The notes under the pieces: generated by a model | What the model was told of the DNA's origin: nothing | Seen by the model: only the letters and a program-made list of their open reading frames with translations | Databases searched by the model: none | In this document: positions 13,658 through 26,405 of the stretch, in pieces | How the letters are laid out: the number at the start of each line of letters is the position of its first letter | Numbering within the stretch: the first letter of the stretch is position 1 | Made by a program: the position numbers and the translations under genes | DNA from: Lytechinus pictus | Taxonomy: Eukaryota | Length of the DNA stretch: 64,000 nucleotides | Assembly (NCBI RefSeq): GCF_037042905.1 | Contig: NC_087245.1 | Location: 5,582,001 to 5,646,000 of the forward strand | Direction of reading: 5' to 3'

Positions 13658-14284
13658 AGGGGAATCCAGCCTTGGCCATAAAATGTTGTGTTGGGAAGAA
13701 GAAAAATAAATTAAACAGAATGGTGAAAGTTTGAAAGAAATCGGACAAGCAATAAGAAAGTTATAGCTGCTTTAAAATTGAGATCACTATAATACTATGT
13801 AGATTTCAAATTGGCAACTGAGTAAGTAAATTATGACAAGGGGCAAGGACAACTTTCCCATAGGCCATGTACTTTATTATCAGGGATTTGTGGTTTTCTC
13901 CTAAGTACCCATTTCCCTGGGGCAGTAATCTAACTACAACCCAGATAGTATATTGTTTTATGTCCTCATGAAAGAAAAATATAATTTGAAATAAAACTTT
14001 TGGAAAAAATGACATTTTAGCCATAATGTGTATTGGAGTACATGGAAGAGTAGTCCTTGCCCATAGAGATATACATCTCTATGTCCTTGCCTTACATCAC
14101 TATGACATCCCATATGCGGCCAATTTGAAGTCTTCATGGGTATAGTGATTACCAATATTTATAATTTTTAAGAATTCAAAACTTTCTTGTTGTTTGTCCA
14201 ATATTGTTAAAACTTTCACCTATCAACTTGTCTGATTTTTCTTTTCCTTATAAAAACAAGTTTTTATTTGGGTTGTATTCCCCT
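13658..14284. mobile_element. TTAA-flanked non-autonomous DNA transposon, Kolobok-like
   Basis: TTAA-AGGGGAATCCAGCC ... GGTTGTATTCCCCT-TTAA splits the L2 fragment cleanly. Confidence 0.75.
14062..14083. mobile_element. 22-bp palindromic insertion with 8-bp TSD (P-element-like footprint)
   Basis: TCCTTGCC-CATAGAGATATACATCTCTATG-TCCTTGCC. Confidence 0.7.
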
Positions 14285-14369
14285 TTAAGTAACTGCTTGA
14301 ATCTGTATACACCAACTAGAGCACTTAGGTCGGCCATTGATCACCTTCGCCTCACATATTCACTACCTC

Positions 14370-14413
14370 CATAGAGATGTATACTAATTACGTTATTAGT
14401 ATATATCTCTATG
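14370..14413. mobile_element. 44-bp palindromic insertion with the same CATAGAG/CTCTATG ends
   Basis: 19-bp arms with one mismatch; flanks ACTACCTC / ATTAACTC (6 of 8 match); interrupts the L2 reading frame. Confidence 0.6.
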
Positions 14414-16967
14414 ATTAACTCGTACATTAGCTGGTGACAGAACTTTTACGGTGTCGGCTTCAAAATCCTGGAACGACCTGCCACTAATAATAATAGACAG
14501 TCTCCAACATTAGCAATTTTCAAAAAGTCATTAAAAACTCATCTCTTTCGTACTTTGTAGTTTTTAAAATATTACATTTAATTAATTTATTGTAAGCGCT
14601 TTGGGCCTAATGGGAAAAGCGCAGTACAAATAATAACTAATAATAATAATAATAGACTCAGTGCATCCCCAATCTATACGCCCTTGTGATAATGGTTACA
14701 AATTGAAGTTCTGATAATGTCAAGTTTTCATATCAGAATATCAAATCTTTTCAGATTGCGCTTTGCGCTCGCATTTTTTTGGCTGATTTGATTTTTATTA
14801 TTGTCATACTATCATGCTACTGCACAGAGTCCTTAACAAGTCCCTTTTTGGGTCACTATAAATTTTATTCAGCTCGCGCTTTGAGCTCGCATTAATTGTT
14901 TAATTTGATACGCATCATGCCAAAATTGTTCAGAATGTTCAAATTTTAGGTCTAAATACATGAACATCCAAAAATTTCAGCTCGCTCTTCGCGCTCGCAT
15001 TATTGAAACAGTCCTTACCAACGTATACTTATAACTGCAGTCTTAAGGACGACATCGCCTTCCAAACACACACCCATCTTGAGGGGCTTGAGGCCATGAA
15101 TTCCAAAAAATTTAACGATCAAGAGAGAAGAAGAAATTAAATGTCTTTTTAAATATCATGTCAAATTTCATCACAAATTTTCTGTAATGAAAAGGACAAA
15201 ACTTTTACTCGCCTGCATTTTTTAACAATAAATTTTGCCCTTTACGCCACGTTTGCCCCCCCTGGGACCCTTCCCCTGAAACTCGTTACGAAAAGAATCC
15301 CCCATCAAAACACCTGTAAATGTTAGAGAACAATATTTGTGTCAGTCATCCACCAATTCCCAACTATGAACACCGATCAACACCAATAGGTACGGAACTG
15401 ATAATAAACTAGATAGGTCAACCTTTAGGTCAAAATTAAGACCCCTAAAGAAACATACATGTGTATAAAAGTACGAAATAATCGTGATTTCATAACGTAA
15501 AAAAAGGAAAGTGGGAACATAACATCATTAGTCCAACTAATGCATATTCGTAACGGCTTGTGTATAACTTTTCTTAAAATATTGCTAATATTTAGAATTA
15601 ATCAAATAATTCAGTAAGTTATTTGTTATCAGATTTTGATGAAATTCTCAGCGTTGTGATTAATGAGTTCTATTCTTATCTTTAGATATAATTTTCTTTT
15701 GGCCCGAATAACTCCTTTAACCTCAAAAGGGTTTAATGAAATTTACCTCCCCCCCCCCCCCGACATTTTTGGGAAACGCGAAAAGCTAGCAACGCGTCGT
15801 TCCGTGACCTTTTGAACAAATTTACGCGGTCCTAAAATTCTGTAACATTACGTAAGTGTATGTCAGGCCATAATTTGCTCAAAAACGTGAATTCATATAC
15901 AATTAAATCCCATGCAAATTGTGTTTCCATAGTAATAATTCATGATATATCATTATTTCTACTTTTAATGAATAAACTCTATTGAATTTGTTTTGTATAT
16001 GATCGAATTTAAAAGTCGCCGACGATTTCTATCGAGAAAAAAAACCCAGTAAAAAACAAAAGTAAAAACAAAAATGTGTTACATTTTGATGAGAATCCTA
16101 CAAAAAGTCTATGAATAGGAAATTAGCAGTTTGGGGCTGTATTCAATAGAGCAAATCGTTGGATTTACGCGTAAATTATTAGCGTATTGAAATTATTGGC
16201 TATTTTAAAACAATATAACAAAATTCCGAGATTCGATAATACGTATCGCAGAGGACATCCTATACGCGATATATAAGCTTATGTCGAATTTTGTGGCTGC
16301 CAATGGCCTAGATATGAGAGAAGGGGTGGAATCTGCCGTTTGTCGGTATCTCAGACTTGTAAATTGAAAACTAACTTCAGGTGGAATTTCGTGAAAATTT
16401 GCAATGAAAAGATACTTGTATTCAAAATAAAAAATAAAAAATTGTGAGAGGATGCTCTTGTCATGTGGCCCACCCTTATCTGCCACAAGGTTATGATTAA
16501 ACCTTTAGAATGGAGTCATCTTGACATCTCTAATGGGGTCACTAGATGCAACCCACGCTACTAGACGTGTTGTCATGGTAACTACAACTTCAAGCTGGAT
16601 GCGTGCTGTGTTCATATTCTATTGCTATACCGACAGATTAGTCAGCGAAATTGGATAAAAAATATATATGTCTTGCCCTTGATGCCCTACAGTGTGACAA
16701 CCAAGATAAAATATATACTGAAAATGCTGATAGTGCAAAATACTGTAAAGACGTTTCATTTGTAGGCCAGTTTTTATACATGTTTATTAAAACCAAATGT
16801 AAGAAGCTTTTGTTACTTCACTGCATCGGACTTACGTTTGAAATCTTGACATGCACATCTTTTAAGTTACTTAGTGACGTTGGTGTTATTCTTAATGCAT
16901 CAATAAACTTAAATCTAGTTTACTAAAAACCGTTCTCATGGGGACAATCTACCCATCGAAAGTACAG

Positions 16968-17232
16968 TGGAGCGTTGTGGCCCAGTGGGTTAGTCTCCGG
17001 ACTTTTGAAACAGAGGGTCATGGGTTCAAATCCCAGCCATGGCGTAATTTCCTTCAGCAAGAAAGTGTGCTGCACTCGACCCAGGTGAGGTAATGGGTAC
17101 CGGCAGGAAGTAATTCCTCAAAAAGCTGTGTGCACCTGAATAGGTAGCCTAGCTTAGCCGGGTAATAATAATAGCAGGGCCCGCTGGGAGAACAGTTTTC
17201 GGAACTGAAGTGGCTACCCTGGGTAAATATAC
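16968..17232 (+). mobile_element. tRNA-derived SINE
   Basis: A box TGGCCCAGTGG, B box GGTTCAAATCC, core ACCCAGGTGAGGTAATGGGTACC, (TTA) tail; same family as 63235-63494. Confidence 0.85.
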
Positions 17233-18642
17233 CGTTTTATTACTATCATTATTACATTTTCAATCAAGTCATTAGTTTTGTTATTAAAATGGCCCTCCCC
17301 ATGAAATATTACTAATTTGAAATGAAAATATTGAATCATTCAAGATAGGATTGTCGACTAAAATTCACGTTTGTCTCTAGTTAAAAAGTAATCCGGGGTT
17401 GAATATAGGAAGGGGGGGGGGGTGTTCGAGGTTAATTTTTGTGATTTATGTTCATGCGTTATTGGTCGATGGCTATTGAAAATCATTCTGAATCCCCGTT
17501 CTCGGGGATGAACAGGCTTTCGAAACCCAGGTAGAATCTTCTTACATCAATCCCACAAGGAGAGATCCCGGGGGAGAGATAATGTGGTTCCTTAGTGACT
17601 TCAGGTACCAGACTGATCGAGAATGAATATCCCATCCAACATAAATTCAGTGTCATAAACCCTCACGTACGAGATAACATGTTGTAATTTATTGAATTAC
17701 GTGTCCCATTGATACCGTTGCATCCTGGTCAGGTGAACAGCATGGTCACAGTCATCATGGTCTTCTATATATGTAATATGGTGAGAGTAGGAGTATCACA
17801 CAAGATGGAGTCGATGGCTCTGTTATAGGATCCCAAATGAAAGTTTCATCTGTATGTGCTGCCTAATATGGCATGGACGGACGCAGATTTTTTATTCTGG
17901 GGGTGGGGGCAAGACGCTGAATTTTTTTCGAAGAAACCTGGAAGAGAGAGAGCGAAGCTACCGAGCTTGTCATGGGCGCATGTTTGCATTTTGTAAAGTG
18001 AAATCGAAAGCTTCTGCGCATACTTTTGGTAAAGTGTGTGAAAATTTTCAATAAAAATATTTGTTTTTAACTCGTAATTTGTTATTTGAATTAATATTCT
18101 GAATGTTTTCATATGATTTTAATCAGTTTCACCAAAGTAACAATTAAGCTTAGCTCTGGGCTGACTAAAATGGAAGAGGCGATTTTTTTTTTTTACGCAG
18201 CCAGAGGGGAGAGAGTAGCCCTCTCTACCTCCCTTCACACCAAAAATTAATAATCCATCCAATTCATCTCTCATTCCCAGATAAGTCCAAGAGACTGTAC
18301 TTTCACCCATGTATATGGGATTTCCCACTTTCTTTGTGGAAATAATCCAGTTCACGGATAGCTCAACAACATTTAAATTCTAAAAAAGACAGGCATGGCA
18401 TAAACAGGTAACTGGATAGTATGTCAGTCAAGTTTAGAAACACGTTTTGTATTGTCCACTAATGCTTAGGTCACACGGCCACTTATGGTAGCTGCGGATG
18501 CTTACGGATAAAAATCCGTAAGCATCCGCAAGGATCCTTTTTATCCGTTAGCATCCGTAACTCAATCGGCAGGATCCGCCGACATACGCAGATCCACAGC
18601 GGGAATTTAAAAATCTCAAAATTTTGCTGCGGGTGAAATATA

Positions 18643-20440
18643 CAGTGCGTCCCAAAAAAAACTATACACTTTTGAAATGGCTGCCAAACAAAAAATATAG
18701 CACTTTGGGGGAAATAACTTATAGATATGAAAAGCCAATAAAGTCAACTTTCAAGTGACACCAAAAAGTTGGAAAACTATTCATGCTTGAGCGAGCACTG
18801 CCCACTGAAACAAAGGGTATGAAAATTAGGGTGGGCCGGAATTAGCCTTCCAATTTCTTTCAGGTTTTTTGTTTGGTACTTGCAAAGTTGAGGGTTATTT
18901 GGTGAATTAAAGATCAGTTGTGATCAGTTTGTTGTTTGTGAAAATTTATTGCGTTATTAAATTGAATTTATTACATTGAAATTTAATGCATGAGTGATCG
19001 TGAATTGCAATTTTTAGTGCAGCATTTTGTCTTTTTTCATGTGGATCTCAACAATGTGTTTATGAAAGTCAGGAGAAAAGGGGGTAATATGACTTAGGTA
19101 GGTGAAGAACGTTGATGGGAGAAAGGTCAACAGAACATTTAGCAACCCCTCCCTCCATCTCAACCCCCCCCCCCGCTTCTCTCCTCCTCAGACACTAAGC
19201 TCGGCTAGGCTGGGCAGGAATTAGCCTTACAATTTTTTGAGTGGTTAGTCCTTTGGAACTTGCTAAGCTAAATTAATGAGTGAGATAAGTTTTGGTTTCT
19301 TAGGCAAATTTCATGAGTTACTAAATTGAAATTTAATGCATGAGTGAACAGGAATTGTAATTTTAGTGTAGCATATTCATCTTGTTGACCTCAGAAATGT
19401 GTTCGTGAGAGTCAGAGTAATGTGATGGTACCTGTTACAAGCAAGAGGGCGAGATATGCTAAGACTTGGTTAAAAGGGCATTCCTCTTCTTTTTGTCCTT
19501 TTACAAATTAAAAGTCATATGTACCCTCCCCTCTCCACCTCCATTTCCCAGCCCCCCTCCCTGTCTCCCTTCCTGGATTGTAGCCTATTCAAAACTTAGC
19601 TGCCAAGTGACCGGTGGCTGATGGTCATTTTTTATTGAATTATTACCAAGAAATTTAATGATTATGATGATTAATGAAATAATTTATAGAAGAAAAAAAC
19701 ATGAATGTTTGATTGATCACATTGCACATTGAATGAGTTGATTTACTGATAAATTGTTGATGAAATGATTGATAGGAAAAAGTTGATGCCCCAATTCAGA
19801 ATTAATCATTAAATCAACATTCCGCTCTGGACTTCACGCGTACATGACAATAGCCACCAGTCTCTCAACAGGAGGGGAGGGCAGGAAAGAGGGAGGGGGC
19901 GGGGGCTGAATGTTCTGTTGACCCTTATTCGATCAACCTACTTCTCCCACTTAAGGCCTATCTCACCCCCTATTCTCCCGACTCCTATGAACACACTGCT
20001 GAGATCCACATGATAAAGTTGAAATGCTGCCCAAAAAGAGATCCAAATGATAAAGTTGAAATGCTGCCCCAAAAGTGTAATTTGTGTTGACTCATGCATT
20101 AAAGTTCAATTTAATAATTTAGAAAATTTGCATAAGCAACCAAAACTGGTCACGGTTGATCATTAATTCATCACAACGCCCTTAACTTTGCAAGTTCGTA
20201 AGGATTTGCCTCTTAAAAACTGACATAAATTGGAAGGCTAATTCCAGCCCACCCTAATTTTCATACCCATTGTTTCAGTGGGCAGTGCTCGCTCAAGCAT
20301 GAACAGTTTTCCAACTTTTGGTGTCATTTGAAAGTTGACTTTATTGGCTTTCCATATATGTAAGTCTTTTTCCCCAAACTGCTATATTTTTTATTTGGCA
20401 GCCATTTCAAAAGTGTATAGTTTTTTTTCGGGACGCACTG
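18643..20440. mobile_element. Tc1/mariner-type non-autonomous element
   Basis: TA-CAGTGCGTCCC ... GGGACGCACTG-TA with highly similar TIRs over about 200 bp and weaker internal inverted similarity. Confidence 0.88.
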
Positions 20441-21425
20441 TATAGACTAGAGCCATTCTGGAAAAAGAGGCCTGTATAAACTTTAAGAAGCATTTTGGGG
20501 TAAAAGTTGGGAACCGAACTATTTCACACAATTCGAATATGCTGAATCTGATAGGATCGGTTCCCAAGCTAATTTCTCATGTTTTGACCACCTAATTTGC
20601 ATAAACAAAATGGCTGCCAAATTGACAATTCAGAATATTATTTCGACAATGTTCTTTAATTATATTCGCTTTCACAGACATGAATACTGCAAAATCCTGC
20701 ATACATACGTGTACTTTTCGGGAAAATTTGTTATTTTTGTTTCCGGCTAATTAATTGTGCAAATTTATGCTTATTTTGGATCATTATGCTTTAATTTGAT
20801 AATTTCAGCTCAAATGTTTATATTTTTGGTACAAATAGCATTTGCATAATTGTACGGCCCTTAGAATATAAGATCACAGTGAATGTTAATGTATTTTATT
20901 GTTTTTGAATTTCTTATGTATTTCTTTGTATTTTTACCTTTTGTTTCGTGCATGTTTTGTTATGGGATCTGTCAAAGTATTGATTATCAATGGCAGACAA
21001 TAATTAGTTTCAATGATTTTTACAGGTTTGTATTCGTATATATCCATGGGCATTAACAGATGCACCGACTCCCACACTCACATCTGCATACAAAGGTAAA
21101 TTCCTGCAGGGAGGGCCTTCCCATTTAAAAGCACACTGGTGGTGATCCAACGAATTTCATGAACCTATCTGTATTCAAGCGAATGTCACTATTAATTGCT
21201 TAAATTTTCATTATAATTTTTTTTTTTTGAATTATGATATCAATCAATTCATTCATATTTACAATTTTAGATGATGGATTATTAAATTTGAATCATGACA
21301 GTACTGTAAATCTCAACTCCTAATAGTCAATCAGTTGCATTTAATATCCTTTGGAGTAGTTATGTTCCCCGACCAACAGAATTTGATCACATATAATATA
21401 TATATATTTAGTCCGTTTTTCTTTA

Positions 21426-24152
21426 TAGTCAGGCAGCATATGTCATGATTTACCGGCTACTTCGACAAATTGGCTAAGTCTGATTTTTCACTTTTATGTA
21501 ATTGGTGACATCACAAGGAACAACTTCCAACTTGGTGACAAATTTCTCATGGTTATCTTGACCATGTTAGGGGTCAAAATGTGGTCAATAGGGGTCATTT
21601 TTTGAAATTGCTCCAATTCTGTCGAGTGACACATTAAATTGTTTGTCTTGTTATATTGAACAAGAAAGTGTACACAATCATATAATATTGACCTCCCGTT
21701 AAAAAGTTATGACCGGAAATGTCAAAAGGTCAACAAACTTTCGGTGAACATGGTAAATGGCAAATTACACTGAAAGGGTTAAGAAAGCTCTTTTTCCGTG
21801 TTTTCATGCATGTGTGTACTTTTTTATTTTCGATTTTGATAATTCCATCGTCAGAAGTCCTTATCCAGAAGATACAAAGGGTCAAGACAAGGTCAGGGAT
21901 AGTTCAAAAGGTCAATTAACAAACTTTCATTGGAAGCCAAAATACATTAAAACGGTTAGAATTTTAGAAGTCTTTATTTTTCGTGGGTTCTTTATTTTGA
22001 AAAGTCTCTATCTAAGCAGACGTTATATATAAAGGGGTCACTGATTTAGGAACAAAATAGATAAACAGAGATAGACGTCGAATACATTCAGTGTGGTATC
22101 ATGGTATTGCATAATACCTTGAAACGACTTGACAAACCCTAATGCCCTTAAAATCATCGTCATGATGTGATAAGTGCAACCAGCTCTTTCCTAGTTTTTT
22201 TTTATTTAGGAATTCAATTCAAGTTCAGTTCATTTTCAATTTACTAGTTTTTGATATGTAAAGAAGTATTTCCTTCATTTGCTTTGTACAGAATGTTTTA
22301 ATTAACAGAAATTATTGTAATGTATTAACGTATAAGTATACGTTAACAGAATAATCATATCGATTGATCAGTGCTCCCAGTTCCTAAGAAAGGTGCCTAA
22401 CATTTCATTTGGATTAACTTGCGAATAAGAATAATGAGGTTAGGATTGAAGATGATAAGTTGGGCTCCTATTGCTCCTCAATTAATTATAATGTGTGACG
22501 GTTATATTATTTCTGTCAAAGAGGCAACATCGTGCAAGCTCATTGTAGTCATGTGTGTCCATTATGCTGTTATGATATATTCTGACCGTTTCTGGCGCAT
22601 GTGCTGTTCTGAGCTTATCATTGGGGCCCTTTTGCATTTTGTAAAGTGAAATTTTATGCATACTTTTGTTCAACTATATTTATTTTTCAGTAAAAATGCA
22701 AGTCTTCACTATTTCTGGGGGCAGCTGCCCCCCCCCCCCCCCCCGCTGCGGTATGACCGTGGTTTACTTGACATATGTGATTATTCTTTCTAGCAACATC
22801 CAGGTAGTTCAGCAAGCAGGAAAAAAACAACGACAAAAGAACAAAATCAAAATCTGCATCTACATCTACATGCACATCACTATCGTGAGAACTGGTATTA
22901 AGTTTATTTTGTATGCTCTGGAAAAAACACACTTGATAAAATAGTACAAGCCGTGTTAATGGCTTCACATAATCAGAAATGTATAGTCCTTCTTGGTTCC
23001 AGAGATCGAGTAATGGTCAGAATATATCACATCAGCATGGACACCCATGACTGACTACAATGAGCATGCCTGCACGATATTGCCTCTTTTTCAGAAATAA
23101 TATAACCGTCATACACTAGAATCAATTAAGGAGCAATTTGAGCCAAACTTATTATCATCCTCAATCCTAACGTCATTATCTTATTCGTAAGTTAATCCAA
23201 ATAAGATGTTAGGCCTCTTTCTTAGGAGCTGGCAGCACTGATCAATCGATGTGTTTATTATGTTAACATAATATTACACATATACCCCAATGCATTACAA
23301 TAATTTCTGTTGATTAAAATATTCTGTACAAAGCAAATGGATGAAATGTTTCTTTACATATCAAAGACTAGTAAATTGAAAATGAATTGAACTTGAATTG
23401 AATTCCTAAATCAAGAAACTCGGAAAGAGCTGGTTGCACTTAAAACATCATAAAGATGATACGATTTTAAGGGCATAAGGGTTTGTCTAATTGTTTCAAG
23501 GCATTCCTGCAATACAATGATACCACACTGAATGTATTCGACGTCTATCTCTGTTTATCTATTTTGTTACTAAGTGAGCACATTTGACCCCTTTTTTATC
23601 TAATGGATAATGTCTTCTTAAAAAGAGACTTTTCAAAATAAAGAACCAACATCTAAGATTTAACCCCTTTTAGTGTATTTTGGCTACCAATGAAAGTTTG
23701 TTGACCTTTTGACCTTTCTCTGACCTTGTCTTGACCCTTTATATACAAAATAGAAATTAAAAAAGTACACTCATGCAAACATAAAAGATTAAAAAAAGAA
23801 AAATTTAGCTTTCTTAACACCTTCAGTGTAATTTGCCATTCAACGAAAGTTTGTTGACCTTTTGACATTTCCGGTCATAACTTCTTACATGGAGGTCACA
23901 GGTATATAATTGTGTACACTTCCTTTATCAGTATAACAAGACAAACAATTTGATGTATGACTCGACACAATCGGGGCAATTAAAAAAATTGACCCCTATT
24001 GTAACCCATTTTGACCCCTCACATGGTCAAGATGACCATTAAAAATTTGTCACCAAGTTGAAAGTTGTTCCTTGTGATGTCACCAATCACATAAAAGTGA
24101 AAAATCAGAATTAGCCAATTTTTCGAAGTAGATGACATATGCTGCCTGACTA
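21426..24152. mobile_element. Foldback-type element with imperfect arms of about 1.15 kb
   Basis: TAGTCAGGCAGCATATGTCAT ... ATGACATATGCTGCCTGACTA; 21426-22575 is the diverged reverse complement of 23030-24152; flanked by TA on both sides. Confidence 0.8.
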
Positions 24153-25327
24153 TATTAGCAAAATGAAGAGAAAACAGTCTGCTGAAAATGAGATGTCTTG
24201 TGTGTTCTCCATTATGCTTGTCAAATTGTCCCAATTTTGAAAAAAAAATTCTCAGAACTGAACCCACATATAAATAAACCATCTAATGTCTAATTTTGCC
24301 TATCAATTAGACCGTTTTCCATGTTTTAAAAGCCAGACTCTGGTGTTCTAAAGTTCCACAACGAATAAGTCACTGCATGTCCTTTTAATAACAAATTTTG
24401 ATAATTGGACTTCATTAACTGATTACATGTGCATCTCCATAATATATATTTTCCAATGCAGTACTACACCTGTCCTATCAAGGATTGCCGCTTCATCCAA
24501 CTTAGAGGCATCCAGCTTCCCCCAGCTTGATATACACTTTTACCTTCGGGGTGTTGAATGATCAATGTCAGTTATCATCGTGCTGGTGTTCCATTGGATG
24601 GCTTGATTGATAGGGCAGCCTCATATTATAAAAGTGATCTCTAATTGTTGAAATCAAATCAATTTAGTACAAGTATTCTGCGGAGGCAGTTCGGATCGAA
24701 GTCATCGTGTTTGTGTTCTTGAGATATGACCGATTCTCATGTCACAGATCCATAGAGAAAACCTAAACTTTTGTCTTGAGAGAGAATCTGCTATATATCT
24801 GACCAGATCTTGTTTCAGGTGTTAAAATGCTCGGAGTGCACCTTTCAATACCGCAGTGAACTGTGTAATGTCCCCTTGGCCATTTATCGAACTTATAATA
24901 TTCACACATCTTCATATCTTCATAAGATAGACTATTTATAATTGATAACGAAGATATCTTTCAGAGGATGGTGGGTTCCTGACATTTTTGGTGTTCCTGT
25001 AGGTTATTATTAATCCACTTCTTTTGATCGGTATTAAACCCAACAGCATCCAATAGCTTACCCAGCTCTGATAGGCTGCATGCGAGTCTGAGATATCACC
25101 ATCAAAGTCTAGGTCGAGAATTTCTTAGATTGTAGAGCCAGGAGATCTCTTTCTATGAAGAAAGCAGTTGCCTAAGTTATGTTTGACTTGTCAACCGGTT
25201 TTGATACCACTGAACATGTCATTCTTCTTGGGAGACTGACAGTCTGTTTTGGAATTGATGATTAGGCACTCCAAAGGCTTTCCCTTTACCTTTCCAACAG
25301 ATGACAAGCTGTATTCATCACTGGCAT

Positions 25328-25900
25328 GCAGTCTCCTGTGACTACCCTTTGCTATGGAGTTCCTTGGGAGGTTGTCCTTGGTCCCGTGTTTTTCAAACTG
25401 TACATCACTCCTCTTGGCTCTATAATGTGGCAACATGGTCTTGGTATACACTTCTATGCTGATGACATCCAGCTGTATACCTCACTTTTGATCCAAAAGT
25501 TAAAGATACAGAGGTTCGTGCAGCTGCTGTTGTTGGTGCTGCCATTGAGGATTCGATGTTGGATCATGGTCAACTTCCTGGAGCTTAACGATTAAAAGCG
25601 AAGTATCTTGTTCTGTCATCTCCATATGCGTAATTATTATGACTACAACTCCAGTCTTAATAGGTGAGGAAGATGTATATCTCCAGTATGCAATGCTAGA
25701 TATCTTGGCGTAGTCTTTTCATAGAACAATGAGCATGAAGAAACACACATCACATGTCTGCCAATCTGCATATTACCAGCTTCACAGAATTGCTGAGATC
25801 AGACATTGTCTTACATGAGGTGGTGCGGAAAATATCATCCATGACCAGATAACCTCTAGACTGGACTTCTGCAAACTGTCTCCATGCTGGATTACCTTCC
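25328..25900 (+). mobile_element. Old L2/CR1-group RT fragment
   Basis: YGVPWEVVLGPVFFKLYITPL...HFYADDIQLY and downstream ITSRLDFC remnants with frameshifts. Confidence 0.8.
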
Positions 25901-26405
25901 TCAGGCATCCCTAGCACTTTTTAACCATAGGACGCAGTGTGAAAATTTGTTCTGCATTGGGCAGTGACTGGGCTGGAAACCTTCTTGTTTTGTCCATGTT
26001 TTTTACCATAGATCTAATCTATGTTTAGCCCCCTATTTTTATCATTCCCTCTTCTGTATTCAGTATCGTTCGGCAAATAATCTTCAATGGCAAGGATTGG
26101 ATAGAAGCTGTGGTATTCAGTTATTACTTTGATGGTTGACTCAGGGGAAAAAAATAAATCGGTAATGACCAAAAAAATTAGTAAGTGATCCGGTAGTACA
26201 GACCCTTTGCCTTTATTACAAATTGTTCTTTTGTTAACTGTCATGATTGCCGTTCTGATGGAGCCAAATCATAGATATAATTTTGCTACAAGGATGTTAA
26301 CAATGTACTGATACTTATATCCGATTGATAAACTACACTGCATAAATCATACGTTTAATTGATTATTGGGTCTGTTATCTAATTATAAAGGATATATAAG
26401 ACATT

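Larger units (their letters stand above)
13055..14652 (+). mobile_element. 5'-truncated degenerate L2/CR1-group LINE of a different family from copies 1 and 2
   Basis: Remnants ..NKLKLNDKK.., RIRRFIDQSACHNAVR..VLSRIDYCN, RLQNWAARLI, AGDRTFTVSA and a (TAA)n tail; interrupted by insertions. Confidence 0.8.

Noticed and set aside
15718..16340. Possible TTAA/piggyBac-like MITE
   Set aside because: A left end is suggestive but no matching right TIR or TSD could be found.
16968..17045. tRNA-like sequences, also near 56340, 63420-63494 and 50320-50388
   Set aside because: They lack a complete cloverleaf and continue into shared SINE bodies, so they are SINE heads rather than tRNA genes.
17440..17840. 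GC-balanced stretch that might be an extra exon or pseudogene
   Set aside because: No sustained ORF or recognisable motif found on either strand.
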